This document shows positions 1 through 9,320 of a stretch of DNA of 64,000 bases, piece after piece; within the stretch, counting starts at the first letter, position 1, and the number at the start of each line of letters is the position of its first letter. The stretch is taken from positions 55,991 to 119,990 of the forward strand of contig JANLHG010000020.1 of assembly GCA_024654575.1 (NCBI GenBank), given 5' to 3'. The position numbers were made by a program, and so were the translations under genes. The notes beneath the pieces were generated by a model, which was not told where the DNA came from, searched no databases, and saw only the letters and a program-made list of their open reading frames with translations. The stretch comes from Patescibacteria group bacterium (lineage in GTDB: Bacteria > Patescibacteriota > Minisyncoccia > Phycocordibacterales > PALSA-1337).

Positions 1-1130
1 GCTTCGTCAGCAATTCTGGCGTTGATTCCTTTCTCAAGACAAGTCCGAGGTAAAGGAAAACTATACACACGATTACTGCATCGGTAGTATAAATGTTTGC
101 CATATTGCGGACCTTCACCTGTTCTTCTTCTACCACACCCAGCACACCAAATATTTCCCGCAATAAGATAATCATTTTTTTTAAACCTTCCCAATGTAGC
201 AAAATTGGCTTTAAGTTGAGCTCCCGCACGCTCAAAGATACTTTTGTCAGTAATTATCGCAGGAACTTTAATATTTTTCCATTCACCTATTGGCTTTAAT
301 CTTCTACTCGACTTTTTTACTTTCCTATATACGTCATTCTTTGTAGGATTTGTCGGAGCTACCCCATAAGTTTTTCCCCAATGAGCGATACCTATATATG
401 CTTCATTTCGCAGAAGTGTGCTTAAAGTACTTGTATTCCAAACTCCTCTTTTACTTTTTCTTGGCAATATATTTGATTCTTGTAGTTTTCGTACCACAGC
501 ACGAAGCGTTAATCCATCATCTGCAACTAAAGAAAATATTTGTTTGACATTATTAGCTTCATATTCATTAATTTCAAAATGTCCCACTTCATAATCTGTT
601 CCACCTTTTTTACCTTTATTTGGAATGTAACTATATCCATATGGGGCCTCACTAACCAAAACATTACCATTACTAACTCGATTATTCTTACCTATTCTAA
701 AACGCTCAGTAATCTTTGCTTTTTCATATTGAGCGAATAATCCTCGTATGCCGAACATAAGCTCATCACTTTCATTTTTTATTGGCGGCATAGTCACAAA
801 CAGAATTTCAATTCCCAACTGCTTTAATTCGTCTATAACAATCTGTTGATAGAATAATCGTCTTCCAAGTCTGTCGGGGTCGTAAATAATTACAGCTTGC
901 CATAAATGCTTTCGAGCGTCTTGACGAAGTTGATCAAGAGCTGGGCGAGCTAATATATCGCCTGACCACCCTTCGTCTAAATATTTTTTAACAATTGTGT
1001 ACTTGTCTTTTGCAAATGCATCCACTTCAAGCAGTTGAGCTTCAATCGTTTTCTGATCTTCCTGGTTTGAAGTTGAAACTCTGCCATACACAGCTACTAA
1101 TTTAATTTCTTTTGGTGTAGATTCAGTCAT
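1..1130 (-). CDS. Large serine recombinase (integrase), 3' end truncated by window start
   Basis: Not in ORF track (no stop in window). Manual translation from ATG 1130: MTESTPKEIKLVAVYGRVSTSNQ...YLDEGWSG...RPALDQL...YDPDRLGR (resolvase catalytic motifs); later YLIAGNIWCAGCG...YYRC zinc-ribbon. Confidence 0.93.
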   Translation of the reverse strand, partial: MTESTPKEIKLVAVYGRVSTSNQEDQKTIEAQLLEVDAFAKDKYTIVKKYLDEGWSGDILARPALDQLRQDARKHLWQAVIIYDPDRLGRRLFYQQIVIDELKQLGIEILFVTMPPIKNESDELMFGIRGLFAQYEKAKITERFRIGKNNRVSNGNVLVSEAPYGYSYIPNKGKKGGTDYEVGHFEINEYEANNVKQIFSLVADDGLTLRAVVRKLQESNILPRKSKRGVWNTSTLSTLLRNEAYIGIAHWGKTYGVAPTNPTKNDVYRKVKKSSRRLKPIGEWKNIKVPAIITDKSIFERAGAQLKANFATLGRFKKNDYLIAGNIWCAGCGRRRTGEGPQYGKHLYYRCSNRVYSFPLPRTCLEKGINARIADE

Positions 1131-1139
1131 ATTTTATTG

Positions 1140-1352
1140 TTACATTATACTACCGGTTCGATTTTTAATTACTTCATCAAATAAAATATCAAACACATCA
1201 TCAATTCGTTGTTGATAATCTTTTGCATTTTCCATCCAATATGTCACATGCACTTTTCCAATCATACATTCGTCAAAAGTCACTCTGGCTTTTACATTAA
1301 CCGAATCGGAGCAGAAAATTGAAAGTATTTCGTTATCATTAGTTTTTTTCAT
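1140..1352 (-). CDS. Small hypothetical protein directly upstream of the recombinase
   Basis: ORF track 1140..1457; ATG 1352 (MKKTND) is the likelier start; 9 bp from recombinase start. Confidence 0.55.
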   Translation of the reverse strand: MKKTNDNEILSIFCSDSVNVKARVTFDECMIGKVHVTYWMENAKDYQQRIDDVFDILFDEVIKNRTGSIM

Positions 1353-1526
1353 AATTTTATAATTTAATATTCCCTCTTTGGACCATTTCCTTATGTGTTT
1401 TAGCTTCAATGGATACACTGGGTGCGATTTAAATTCAAAACACAGGGAAAGTATCACTAGGAAAGAAATGCTATTAAGAAGAGCCTGCTATAAATATTTT
1501 GTGTACATTTTTACAAGCATTAGTTG

Positions 1527-1739
1527 TTAATCTAACGATTTCACTGACTCTAAATATTCTTTTAATGCCCAATCGGTTATCTGCGACATTGTTTCGTGTC
1601 TTCGTTTAGATAATTCCTTGACTGCTTCCTTGATACTCCTATCAACGCGGATTGGCGTTGTATCTCTGAATTTATGTGCCTTTTGTAACTTTTCCCCTTT
1701 AACTATCGGCAAAACTGCCTCATTGGCTATATTTTCCAT
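1527..1739 (-). CDS. Ribbon-helix-helix DNA-binding protein
   Basis: TTPIRVDRSIKEAVKELSKRRHETMSQITDWALKEYL fits an RHH pattern. Confidence 0.7.
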   Translation of the reverse strand: MENIANEAVLPIVKGEKLQKAHKFRDTTPIRVDRSIKEAVKELSKRRHETMSQITDWALKEYLESVKSLD

Positions 1740-1889
1740 ATATTTTTTTGTTAGAACTAATAAAAACCCTGTAAACAAGCCACTATTTCTAATTTATGAG
1801 GGTGCAAACTAGAGATTTTTCCATATACATATTCATATTTAGTTTAATGTTAACATAGTCCCAAAAATGTAATCAAATCAAAAAATAAA

Positions 1890-1919
1890 AAAGCAGTTAT
1901 AAGTAAATATAACTGCTTT
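1890..1919 (-). terminator. Intrinsic terminator after the 3137-1935 operon
   Basis: aaagcagttata-agtaaa-tataactgcttt inverted repeat next to an A-run (U-run on minus strand). Confidence 0.65.
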
Positions 1920-1934
1920 AATTATTTTCCACCA

Positions 1935-2189
1935 CTACCTTAACGGCGCGAATAAAAGATCATTTATAGCTTCATTTGCATCGATGTAGTTATAGCTCTC
2001 AATTTCCGCACATCTTCTTTCAATTTCGTCGGGATTATCAATGCGAGCATAAATTAAACCTATAATCGTTTTTCTTTGATTTTCAGAAATAGGTCTTTCT
2101 TCTTCACATAAATAATAATCTTCTGGTAGAACATAACTTCCTTTTTTTGGACCATCAAAACCACTAACGGCTATTGTGTTTGTTGTCAT
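1935..2189 (-). CDS. Hypothetical protein
   Basis: 84-aa ORF in operon; PISENQ motif resembles the C-terminus of the upstream ORF. Confidence 0.65.
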   Translation of the reverse strand: MTTNTIAVSGFDGPKKGSYVLPEDYYLCEEERPISENQRKTIIGLIYARIDNPDEIERRCAEIESYNYIDANEAINDLLFAPLR

Positions 2190-2210
2190 AAGTATTTAAT
2201 ATATTTAATT

Positions 2211-2816
2211 TTAATAACTGCCACTTTTAAACCCAGCAATCATTTCTGATGCCTGATCCTTGGAAAGACTAGCCATTTCGCTTTCAAAACGTTCTCTTTC
2301 ATCTCCGTCAGTAACATTTGTGCTTATGAGTGAGGTTAGATAGGAAATTTGTTTTTCACTAGCAGGTTCAGGTGCGTATTCATTGACTTCTGATTTGTTA
2401 TATAGCTGATCAAGTGGAATTTCACTGTCTTTTTTGTCTGTTGCATCAAGATACAAAGCATCTAGCGTTTTTGTGGAACGAACTACTGCATCGATTAGAC
2501 TCGCATTAAACGCAGAGCGAACTGTCCTTTCAACGTATTTATTCATCCTGTTTAGCACCGCATTTCCTCTCCCAACACTCAATATGTCGTTTCCTTTCTT
2601 TAGAAAGCAGATGAATGCGATAAAGCCAGGAATATGATCTTTAAAAAGATTGGCTGTCTGTGTGTCTTCCTCTATCGTTGCAGTTAAATTGATTGTGCCA
2701 ACACTTTTTGTCATTTCTCTACTAGCTGGATGTCTTTTATCTTGGACATCAAATGCCTTACTTCTCATAATCTGTAATGGTGAAAGTACACTCGGTTGTT
2801 TATATATTGTTTTCAT
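2211..2816 (-). CDS. Hypothetical mobile-element protein (C-terminal PASEKQ...LSKDQASEMI motif)
   Basis: 201-aa ORF, operonic with the ArdC-like gene. Confidence 0.75.
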   Translation of the reverse strand: MKTIYKQPSVLSPLQIMRSKAFDVQDKRHPASREMTKSVGTINLTATIEEDTQTANLFKDHIPGFIAFICFLKKGNDILSVGRGNAVLNRMNKYVERTVRSAFNASLIDAVVRSTKTLDALYLDATDKKDSEIPLDQLYNKSEVNEYAPEPASEKQISYLTSLISTNVTDGDERERFESEMASLSKDQASEMIAGFKSGSY

Positions 2817-2822
2817 AATGTT

Positions 2823-3137
2823 TTAATTAGTTATTGGTTCCACGGATTTGTAATAGTACAAATTTATTTTTCGTGGATAGCGTTGAATAATATTTCCTAA
2901 AGCGTCTTTCCTTTCGATATAAGTGACGCTTTTTAATGCTTTGCTTCCTCTCTTGGGTCTGTAACCCAAACGAAACCAAACAGAAAATGGTAGAGCATTT
3001 CTTTCTGGGGAATAATTTTTTACTTCATCCTTACCCCAGATTTTTGAAATTTGCTGAGCCACCATTTTTCTAGTCTTGGGGGAATTCTGATAGTTACTGA
3101 CCTTCGGACCTTCTAAAATCTCTTTTATAGTTTGCAT
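2823..3137 (-). CDS. ArdC N-terminal-like ssDNA-binding / antirestriction protein
   Basis: LPFSVWFRLGYRPKRGSKAL matches the ArdC-N 'F..W...G..V.KG.KA' motif. Confidence 0.7.
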   Translation of the reverse strand: MQTIKEILEGPKVSNYQNSPKTRKMVAQQISKIWGKDEVKNYSPERNALPFSVWFRLGYRPKRGSKALKSVTYIERKDALGNIIQRYPRKINLYYYKSVEPITN

Positions 3138-3488
3138 AATGTTAATAATTTAATAATAATTTTTATACGAGAGAATAACTCATATTTTGAAGTGTTGCAT
3201 CGACCTAACTTCTCAATAAAATAGTTTGGTTCGGCACTGAGTATATTTAGTGAGAGGGGTACGGGGGGCGGTTTGACTGGTGCCATACTAGGTACGGCAT
3301 GATGTAGGGTAAAGATTCCTTCCGTACCCGCGAGGTTTGTTGTAGAAAGGGGTGGTTTGGTTTTATTTCTGTTTTAAAAGTGAGGGACCAAAAAAAATTC
3401 CGCAAAAAATTACAGAAAATGGGATTGTAGTTTTTAATAATGAGATGTATTATTAAAGAGTTAGTAAAATTGAATATAGTAATCTAAA

Positions 3489-3628
3489 TCAGTGAGTAAT
3501 CGCTGACATGATGAAAAGTCCAGACACGGGTAGAAAACCTATCATATTAGGATCGCCGTGTCTGGCCGTACCAGAGAAATTTGGTACTGGAGAACCGAAA
3601 GGAACTCGCTTAATGTGGTAGGTTTTTT
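3489..3628 (+). ncRNA. Candidate structured RNA / leader with three GNRA hairpins and a long pseudoknot or alternative helix
   Basis: tcagtga-GTAA-tcgctga; ccagacacgg/ccgtgtctgg; gtaccaga-GAAA-tttggtac; cc-GAAA-gg; aaaacctatcatatta/taatgtggtaggtttt; upstream TTGTAG-N17-TATTAT. Confidence 0.6.
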
Positions 3629-3641
3629 GCGTGTAGAAATT

Positions 3642-3899
3642 ATGAATAATCTATTAGAACAAATTTCTAAAAAACTAGATATCAAACCAAATCAGAATCT
3701 TATTGGTTTGACTATAGGATTAATTACCGTAGGTGTAGCGGAATTCTTTTCTCTCAGATATCTATTTGTATTCGGATCAATAACTACAATTATATTTTTA
3801 CTATCCGTAGAGTCCACCACACGCTCTTATACAAAAAATTATTGTTTAAATAAAATGATTGAAATTTCAGATAAGAAAAAAGTTAATAACATACTATAA
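3642..3899 (+). CDS. Small membrane protein
   Basis: ATG 3642 (MNNLLEQ), two hydrophobic segments; the ORF-track GTG start at 3558 lies inside the structured RNA. Confidence 0.6.
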   Translation: MNNLLEQISKKLDIKPNQNLIGLTIGLITVGVAEFFSLRYLFVFGSITTIIFLLSVESTTRSYTKNYCLNKMIEISDKKKVNNIL

Positions 3900-3904
3900 T
3901 TATA

Positions 3905-4570
3905 ATGAAAGAAAAAGAAACTATATTAATGCAAGATCAAATTTTATCTAAAAATTGTAATGCCCTTTTGGAGTGGAGAAAACAATTTTCTAGAAAAGAG
4001 TATCCTCAACATGTGGTTAGAAAGATGTTCTATGATTTTTATACCGATCAAGAGCTCTGGCCATTTATTGTAGATATTTTTAATGATATGAGTGACGTTA
4101 GAACTCTTCTAAACTTACGAATATGTGAACATATTGAATACATTGATGAAGTAAACTTCTTATTTGAAGCAAGAAAGAAGTTAAAAACGGAAAAAATTCT
4201 ACCAAGATTAGATGCTTTGTTAAATGAAAATATTCCAGTTGTAAATAATATACGTTTTTCAGATTATTCTCAGATGATAGAAAATGCAATAAATGGTAAT
4301 GATTCTGATCTTGAAAAAATAGAGTATCATTTCATGTTCTATAAGATGACATCAGATCTTATTTCCTTTTGGGCCGCCGCTGGGATTTATGGAAAGAAAT
4401 GGGATGATGCAATGTTTTTTGTTACAGGAATGTTGGTGGGAGGAAAAATTGAAACTTTTGAGGATGTTTTTATGAAGTTTAGTAAGATTTCAGGTCTATA
4501 TCTTGCTGGGATTAATACTACTACTGGCAAAAATTTTGGGAAATATAAGCCTCTCCCTCCTTTTAAATAA
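3905..4570 (+). CDS. Hypothetical protein
   Basis: 221-aa ORF in a tight operon. Confidence 0.7.
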   Translation: MKEKETILMQDQILSKNCNALLEWRKQFSRKEYPQHVVRKMFYDFYTDQELWPFIVDIFNDMSDVRTLLNLRICEHIEYIDEVNFLFEARKKLKTEKILPRLDALLNENIPVVNNIRFSDYSQMIENAINGNDSDLEKIEYHFMFYKMTSDLISFWAAAGIYGKKWDDAMFFVTGMLVGGKIETFEDVFMKFSKISGLYLAGINTTTGKNFGKYKPLPPFK

Positions 4571-4578
4571 TATAAAAT

Positions 4579-5157
4579 ATGGAAGATTCTATAAATTCAT
4601 TTCTTGGTAGTCACAGATTACTAGTTATATTAGTGGGAGGATTTATTATTATAGGACCTTTTGTAATTCCGTCTATAAAAGATTATTTTTCTTCAGATAG
4701 TAAGTTAAGACGTAAAAAAAGTCGAGAAAAAAGAAACTACGAACTAAAACAACAAATACAGGAGAAACTAATGCTTACTAAAGAAACTGAAAACAGAAGA
4801 AAAATAGAGCGACAAAAGATACAAGAACAAAGACAAAGAATAAAGGATGGGGAACACCAAAAATACCTTGATCTGAGAAAGCAAATCGAGAAAATGCCGA
4901 TTTATCAGAGATGGAAACAAGAAATAATGAACAAGTGTGGAAGCAAGTGTCAGATGTGTGGATCTAGTAATAATCTACAAGTTCATCACCTTGATTCGTT
5001 CTATTCAATCATAAAGCAGTATAATATTACCTCAATAGAAAAAGCTTTTGAATGTAAACAACTGTGGAATGTCGATAATGGAGAAATCCTTTGTAAAAAC
5101 TGTCACGATAAAATGGAAAGTTCAATTAATAGGCAGACTTTAATGTATAATACGTAA
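4579..5157 (+). CDS. HNH endonuclease with N-terminal TM helix and coiled coil
   Basis: CQMCG..NLQVHH...NGEILCKNCH. Confidence 0.85.
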   Translation: MEDSINSFLGSHRLLVILVGGFIIIGPFVIPSIKDYFSSDSKLRRKKSREKRNYELKQQIQEKLMLTKETENRRKIERQKIQEQRQRIKDGEHQKYLDLRKQIEKMPIYQRWKQEIMNKCGSKCQMCGSSNNLQVHHLDSFYSIIKQYNITSIEKAFECKQLWNVDNGEILCKNCHDKMESSINRQTLMYNT

Positions 5158-5159
5158 GC

Positions 5160-6077
5160 ATGAAAACTCTATACAAAAAAATAAATCAGCTTTGGTTGCG
5201 GTGTCGAAAGTGGAGCGAGATTAGTATAATCGGTGATTTTGTTATTAACACAGGAAGGATTGTTTTCATCATTACTATTTTCTTCTCAATCTTTTATATC
5301 ATTACTGTGATAGAGATATATAATGAAAATAAATTTCCTCAACTATCCCCCTCGAATAATTCTAAATCTACTACAGACAATAACTGCTCTGTTGCTGGTA
5401 TCAATTTACATGGGACGATAGTCACATATATTCCAGTATATAGTGATAATGATTCTTCATATGACGATATGATTGCAAGCGAAAGAGTTATCTGGGCCAT
5501 TAGACAGGCAAACAATGATTCAAAGATAAAAGCGCTTGTAGTTGAGGTAGATTCTATCGGAGGATATCCTGTAGCAGGTGAAGAAGTAGCTAATGCTATA
5601 AAAGATAGTAAAAAACCAGTTGTAGGATTTATAAGAGAAACAGGAGCTTCAGCTGCTTATTGGGCTATCAGTAGTGCTGACAAAATATTCGCTTCAGCAA
5701 ATTCTGATGTGGGGAGTATAGGAGTCACTCGTTCCTATTTAAGTAATGCTGAGAAAAATATTAAAGACGGCTATGTGTATGAAGATTTGAGTGTGGGTAA
5801 ATATAAGGACTCTGGAAACCCAGACAAAGTGCTAACAAACGAAGAAAGGGCTTTGTTTTTGAGAGATTCAAATATCATATATGAGAATTTTATTAAAGCT
5901 GTGTCACAAAATCGTAAAATTCCAATAGAAAAGGTAAGAAAGTTCGCTGACGGTTCAACTTTTTTAGGTGAAAAAGCAAAATCACTTGGACTGATAGATG
6001 AGATTGGTGGAATAAATGAAGTTGAAAAATACCTTGAGGAAATAACGGGAGAGAAACCAGAGATTTGTTGGCAATAA
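5160..6077 (+). CDS. sppA: Signal peptide peptidase (S49)
   Basis: DSIGG, GASAAYW, VGSIGV, GKYKDSG, GLIDEIG motifs. Confidence 0.9.
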   Translation: MKTLYKKINQLWLRCRKWSEISIIGDFVINTGRIVFIITIFFSIFYIITVIEIYNENKFPQLSPSNNSKSTTDNNCSVAGINLHGTIVTYIPVYSDNDSSYDDMIASERVIWAIRQANNDSKIKALVVEVDSIGGYPVAGEEVANAIKDSKKPVVGFIRETGASAAYWAISSADKIFASANSDVGSIGVTRSYLSNAEKNIKDGYVYEDLSVGKYKDSGNPDKVLTNEERALFLRDSNIIYENFIKAVSQNRKIPIEKVRKFADGSTFLGEKAKSLGLIDEIGGINEVEKYLEEITGEKPEICWQ

Positions 6078-6101
6078 AAAGGACGATGATATTATAGTGA
6101 A

Positions 6102-6671
6102 ATGACAACATCACTTATAGAGAACTCTTTTGCTATAACTACTCATTTATTAAAAAAAGATCTCAAAAAAGCACGACAAAAAACGCCTATAAATGGATAT
6201 TTGAATATATTCCATAATAATAAGCCATCTATAGCGGACTATTTAATAGAATATGACGGCGAAAATACATATCTTGTGATTAATTTTGCCGAAAAGTCAC
6301 AGAAAATCCTATTATCAGAACACCAATTAACTTTCGGAACACGAACATATCTAAATTGCGCTTGCGGACATAGGACCAATTCTCTTTATTTGAATAAAGG
6401 AATTTTTGCTTGTAAAAAATGCCATAATTTACACTATCAATCTACATCAATAAACCGTAATACCTTGCATGGTAAATTTCTTTACCAACAGAATCAGATA
6501 TTGAAAATAATAAATATGAGAGAAAGTATGAATCGTATTTTCTATAAATCCCGCTACAGTAAGCCATTTGTGCGCTGGCTAGATCTATGTGGAAAAGCAG
6601 GACTGATTAAGGAGGTAGAAGATGCGCAAGCACTTATTACGGCTATAAATAACTATCGACAGCAAGTTTAG
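6102..6671 (+). CDS. Zinc-finger hypothetical protein
   Basis: CACG...LY...FACKKCHNLHYQS. Confidence 0.7.
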   Translation: MTTSLIENSFAITTHLLKKDLKKARQKTPINGYLNIFHNNKPSIADYLIEYDGENTYLVINFAEKSQKILLSEHQLTFGTRTYLNCACGHRTNSLYLNKGIFACKKCHNLHYQSTSINRNTLHGKFLYQQNQILKIINMRESMNRIFYKSRYSKPFVRWLDLCGKAGLIKEVEDAQALITAINNYRQQV

Positions 6672-6869
6672 ATAAATTCAATAGTTTTTTGATATATAAA
6701 AAGTGGGAATGCCGATATTTCGGTAAATATGGCTGTATCAAGCCGTGTTTTTGATTTTTATAATTGGTTGACAATTCTAAAAAGTACTATGGTACACTTA
6801 AATTAATTATGAATATAAATTATTTAGGTATGAATTTTTGTTTCTTTACAATTCAAATTCCAAAATATG

Positions 6870-7500
6870 GAATAAAGGGTAACCATATTAAACATCCCTT
6901 TTAAATGGTGAGGATAATGTCCAGTAATAATTGCCTGGCTTTGAAACACCGAAGAAATGCCGTGATTACGAATAGATTGTTGGGCCAAGAATCCTGACAT
7001 GCTATGGTATCGCATTTGGATCGTCCATTGTTGTGAAAGCTGGGAGAACAGCGAGCTTCACGGATATTGCCCAAGCTACCCAGCCGTTTGAACAGTGTGT
7101 GATCTAAATGAGGAGTTAGTTGGCTAAAGTGCCCGTTGCTTTCACACGGGATTTGTAGTGGGTTGTCTAAAAGTTTCGTCCACCTTAAATGGTGCCTTCA
7201 TTTTTAAGATTTTGACTACAGCTAGGGAAGAATTAATGATGCACAACTGAACTGAAAGGAATTTGATATATAAAGACGATTGCTACTTGAAAAAACAGAA
7301 ACAAAGAAGAAATTGGACGAAAAGATTTAGCTAAACGCCCAATTTTATAGCACATATACACTTATATGCTTATTTGTTTCTAGTTTTACATCCCAAGCAA
7401 GACAACCACTTCAGCTTTTTTCTAGGGAAGGGGTAATCCGTCCTGCCTAAATAGTGCTGTATAGAAACTTCAATAAACCTATATGTAAATTAGAAGCAAA
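6870..7500 (+). ncRNA. Candidate large (~630 nt) structured non-coding RNA
   Basis: No credible ORF in 6672-7526; many nested and long-range complementary helices (see findings); TTGACA 6768 and TGnTACACT 6790-6798 upstream. Confidence 0.6.
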
Positions 7501-7526
7501 TTATTAATTAAGCTAACTTTACTCAA

Positions 7527-7778
7527 ATGACAATAAAAAACGCAAGAATGAATGTAGGTGTCAGGCAAAAACTGGCATCCTTACCTCGTACTCGATGTGC
7601 TAAATGTAATAGTGTTAAATCTTACACGAACCCTATGGCTAAATGCTGGGAATGTAAGAAAAAGTTTTGTTTTGACGATATTCGAAGCGGACAATTCAAA
7701 CAAGGTATGAAGCGTATAGACCAGTTAAGAAGAATTTGTGATGAGTGCAAAGAGAAATATGGATATGATGGGATATAA
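7527..7778 (+). CDS. Small Cys-rich zinc-finger protein
   Basis: CAKC, CWEC, C, CDEC. Confidence 0.65.
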   Translation: MTIKNARMNVGVRQKLASLPRTRCAKCNSVKSYTNPMAKCWECKKKFCFDDIRSGQFKQGMKRIDQLRRICDECKEKYGYDGI

Positions 7779-7790
7779 CTTTTGTAAAAT

Positions 7791-8264
7791 TCAATTTATC
7801 GTTGATGGTCGCAACTGCCAATCTTTATACAGATATCTTTTAAATGATCCTGGAAAATAAGGTTTCAACCATAAAATAGCTTGATTATCAGCATCTCTTT
7901 CCATCTTTGTATTAAGAACGCCATCTTCTGTATCTTCAATTCTTCTAAACCCATGTCTTTTATATACATGTGCAACTTCGTGGGCAATAGCAAACGCTAT
8001 CCTTTTTTCACTTTTGGACCAAAGTGAATTAGATAATATAATTAATCCCCGCTTACCTTTAAGACGAAAATCATTTCTTGCTATATACTCTCCCCTATCT
8101 TTCTTATCTAGAGATATAAAAACACATTTTTCAATCACAAAATCAACTATATTCTCTGGTAGATACGATAAAGCTTTTGCTAAAGGGTTTATATTTTCCT
8201 CAGAAATGAAATCCTTGAAATACACACAGTCCATTTCATTAGTAACTTCTCTTTGTGTATACAT
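7791..8264 (-). CDS. ImmA/IrrE-like metallopeptidase
   Basis: AIAHEVAH (HExxH) and ERDADNQA. Confidence 0.75.
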   Translation of the reverse strand: MYTQREVTNEMDCVYFKDFISEENINPLAKALSYLPENIVDFVIEKCVFISLDKKDRGEYIARNDFRLKGKRGLIILSNSLWSKSEKRIAFAIAHEVAHVYKRHGFRRIEDTEDGVLNTKMERDADNQAILWLKPYFPGSFKRYLYKDWQLRPSTIN

Positions 8265-8271
8265 AAAAGTA

Positions 8272-8469
8272 TTATAGCGTATTTAATTCATTTTTCTCTT
8301 TCATTAACCTAATCTCTCTTTTAAGTGCTATGCCTGTTAATTTGAGAAGTTTTACACCAATATCATTTATTGTCTTATCATCAAGTTTAGCTAAATATTC
8401 TTTTCCAAAATCTTTTCTCAATATTTCCTTTAATTTATTAAATGCTTTTGGGGATAGTTTAGTAGTCAT
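8272..8469 (-). CDS. Small hypothetical protein
   Basis: 65 aa, 4-bp overlap with upstream ORF. Confidence 0.65.
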   Translation of the reverse strand: MTTKLSPKAFNKLKEILRKDFGKEYLAKLDDKTINDIGVKLLKLTGIALKREIRLMKEKNELNTL

Positions 8470-8774
8470 TTTTTAACTTTATTATGATATTGTAATACCT
8501 TTTCTGCTGGCGATAGGCCATCAAGAGCTTCGTGAGGAAAGTAATTCCAGGCATCGCTTACTAATTCAAGAATGTCGCTTAATTCTGAAGCATCTCCGCC
8601 TCTATCAAACATTGCCACAGCTTTCATCATGTCGTCATTATCTTCTTCAAAAAAAATGACATCTGCTATATCTTGCAAGCCAAAATCACTTTCAGTTTTC
8701 TTTAGCATTTCCACTAGTTCCTTTTCAATCTCTTTCCTTCTTTTTATAATTTGTTTTTTTGATTCAATTTGCAT
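8466..8774 (-). CDS. Hypothetical protein (WNYFPH..L.GLSP motif)
   Basis: 102-aa ORF. Confidence 0.75.
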   Translation of the reverse strand: MQIESKKQIIKRRKEIEKELVEMLKKTESDFGLQDIADVIFFEEDNDDMMKAVAMFDRGGDASELSDILELVSDAWNYFPHEALDGLSPAEKVLQYHNKVKK

Positions 8775-8838
8775 AAATTAAAATATATTTACTATTTTAT
8801 AATAACATCGACAACTTGTTTTTGAATAAAAAGATTGC

Positions 8839-9315
8839 TCAAAAAAATGTAAGAAAAGATGAAATAATCGCAACACTCACTGGTACCCATATTTGTAGTA
8901 GTTTTTCTCTTTGTTTTTCTGTTTTGTATCTAAAGAAACAAAACCAATGATCAGTAAAGTCATAAAAAGATGATTGTATCGTTATTATTTTATTGTAATG
9001 TTTTTCTAATAACTCTTGTGTGAAAATTAGATGATCTATTTTTTCTTCGTTAAGGTCCTTAGAATTTATTACTAAACAATCACCAACATGATAAATTTTA
9101 TCATTGCCACCAGTTTCAACTGTAACTAAATGTTCCCGTTCCAGAAAATCTAGAGTATAAAATATTTCATCTAATTCGCTAAGAGATTTCAGGTTTTTAC
9201 TACATATTCCATTATCACAAACAATTAAGTTTAATTCTTGACGACTAAGAAGTTCATTGACTCTTTTTTGTCGTCCAGTTTTTAATAAATCAATTAGATT
9301 CTTATTTAATTTCAT
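8839..9315 (-). CDS. Hypothetical protein with C-terminal TM helix
   Basis: 158 aa, last gene of the defence operon. Confidence 0.65.
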   Translation of the reverse strand: MKLNKNLIDLLKTGRQKRVNELLSRQELNLIVCDNGICSKNLKSLSELDEIFYTLDFLEREHLVTVETGGNDKIYHVGDCLVINSKDLNEEKIDHLIFTQELLEKHYNKIITIQSSFYDFTDHWFCFFRYKTEKQREKLLQIWVPVSVAIISSFLTFF

Positions 9316-9320
9316 AAAAT

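Noticed and set aside
3505-3520. Hammerhead ribozyme core in the 3.5-kb RNA
   Set aside because: ctgacatgatgaaa does not give CUGANGA plus GAAA with the required three stems
6824-7015. 63-aa minus-strand ORF in the 6.7-7.5 kb gap
   Set aside because: No motif or RBS; overlaps a region better explained by RNA structure
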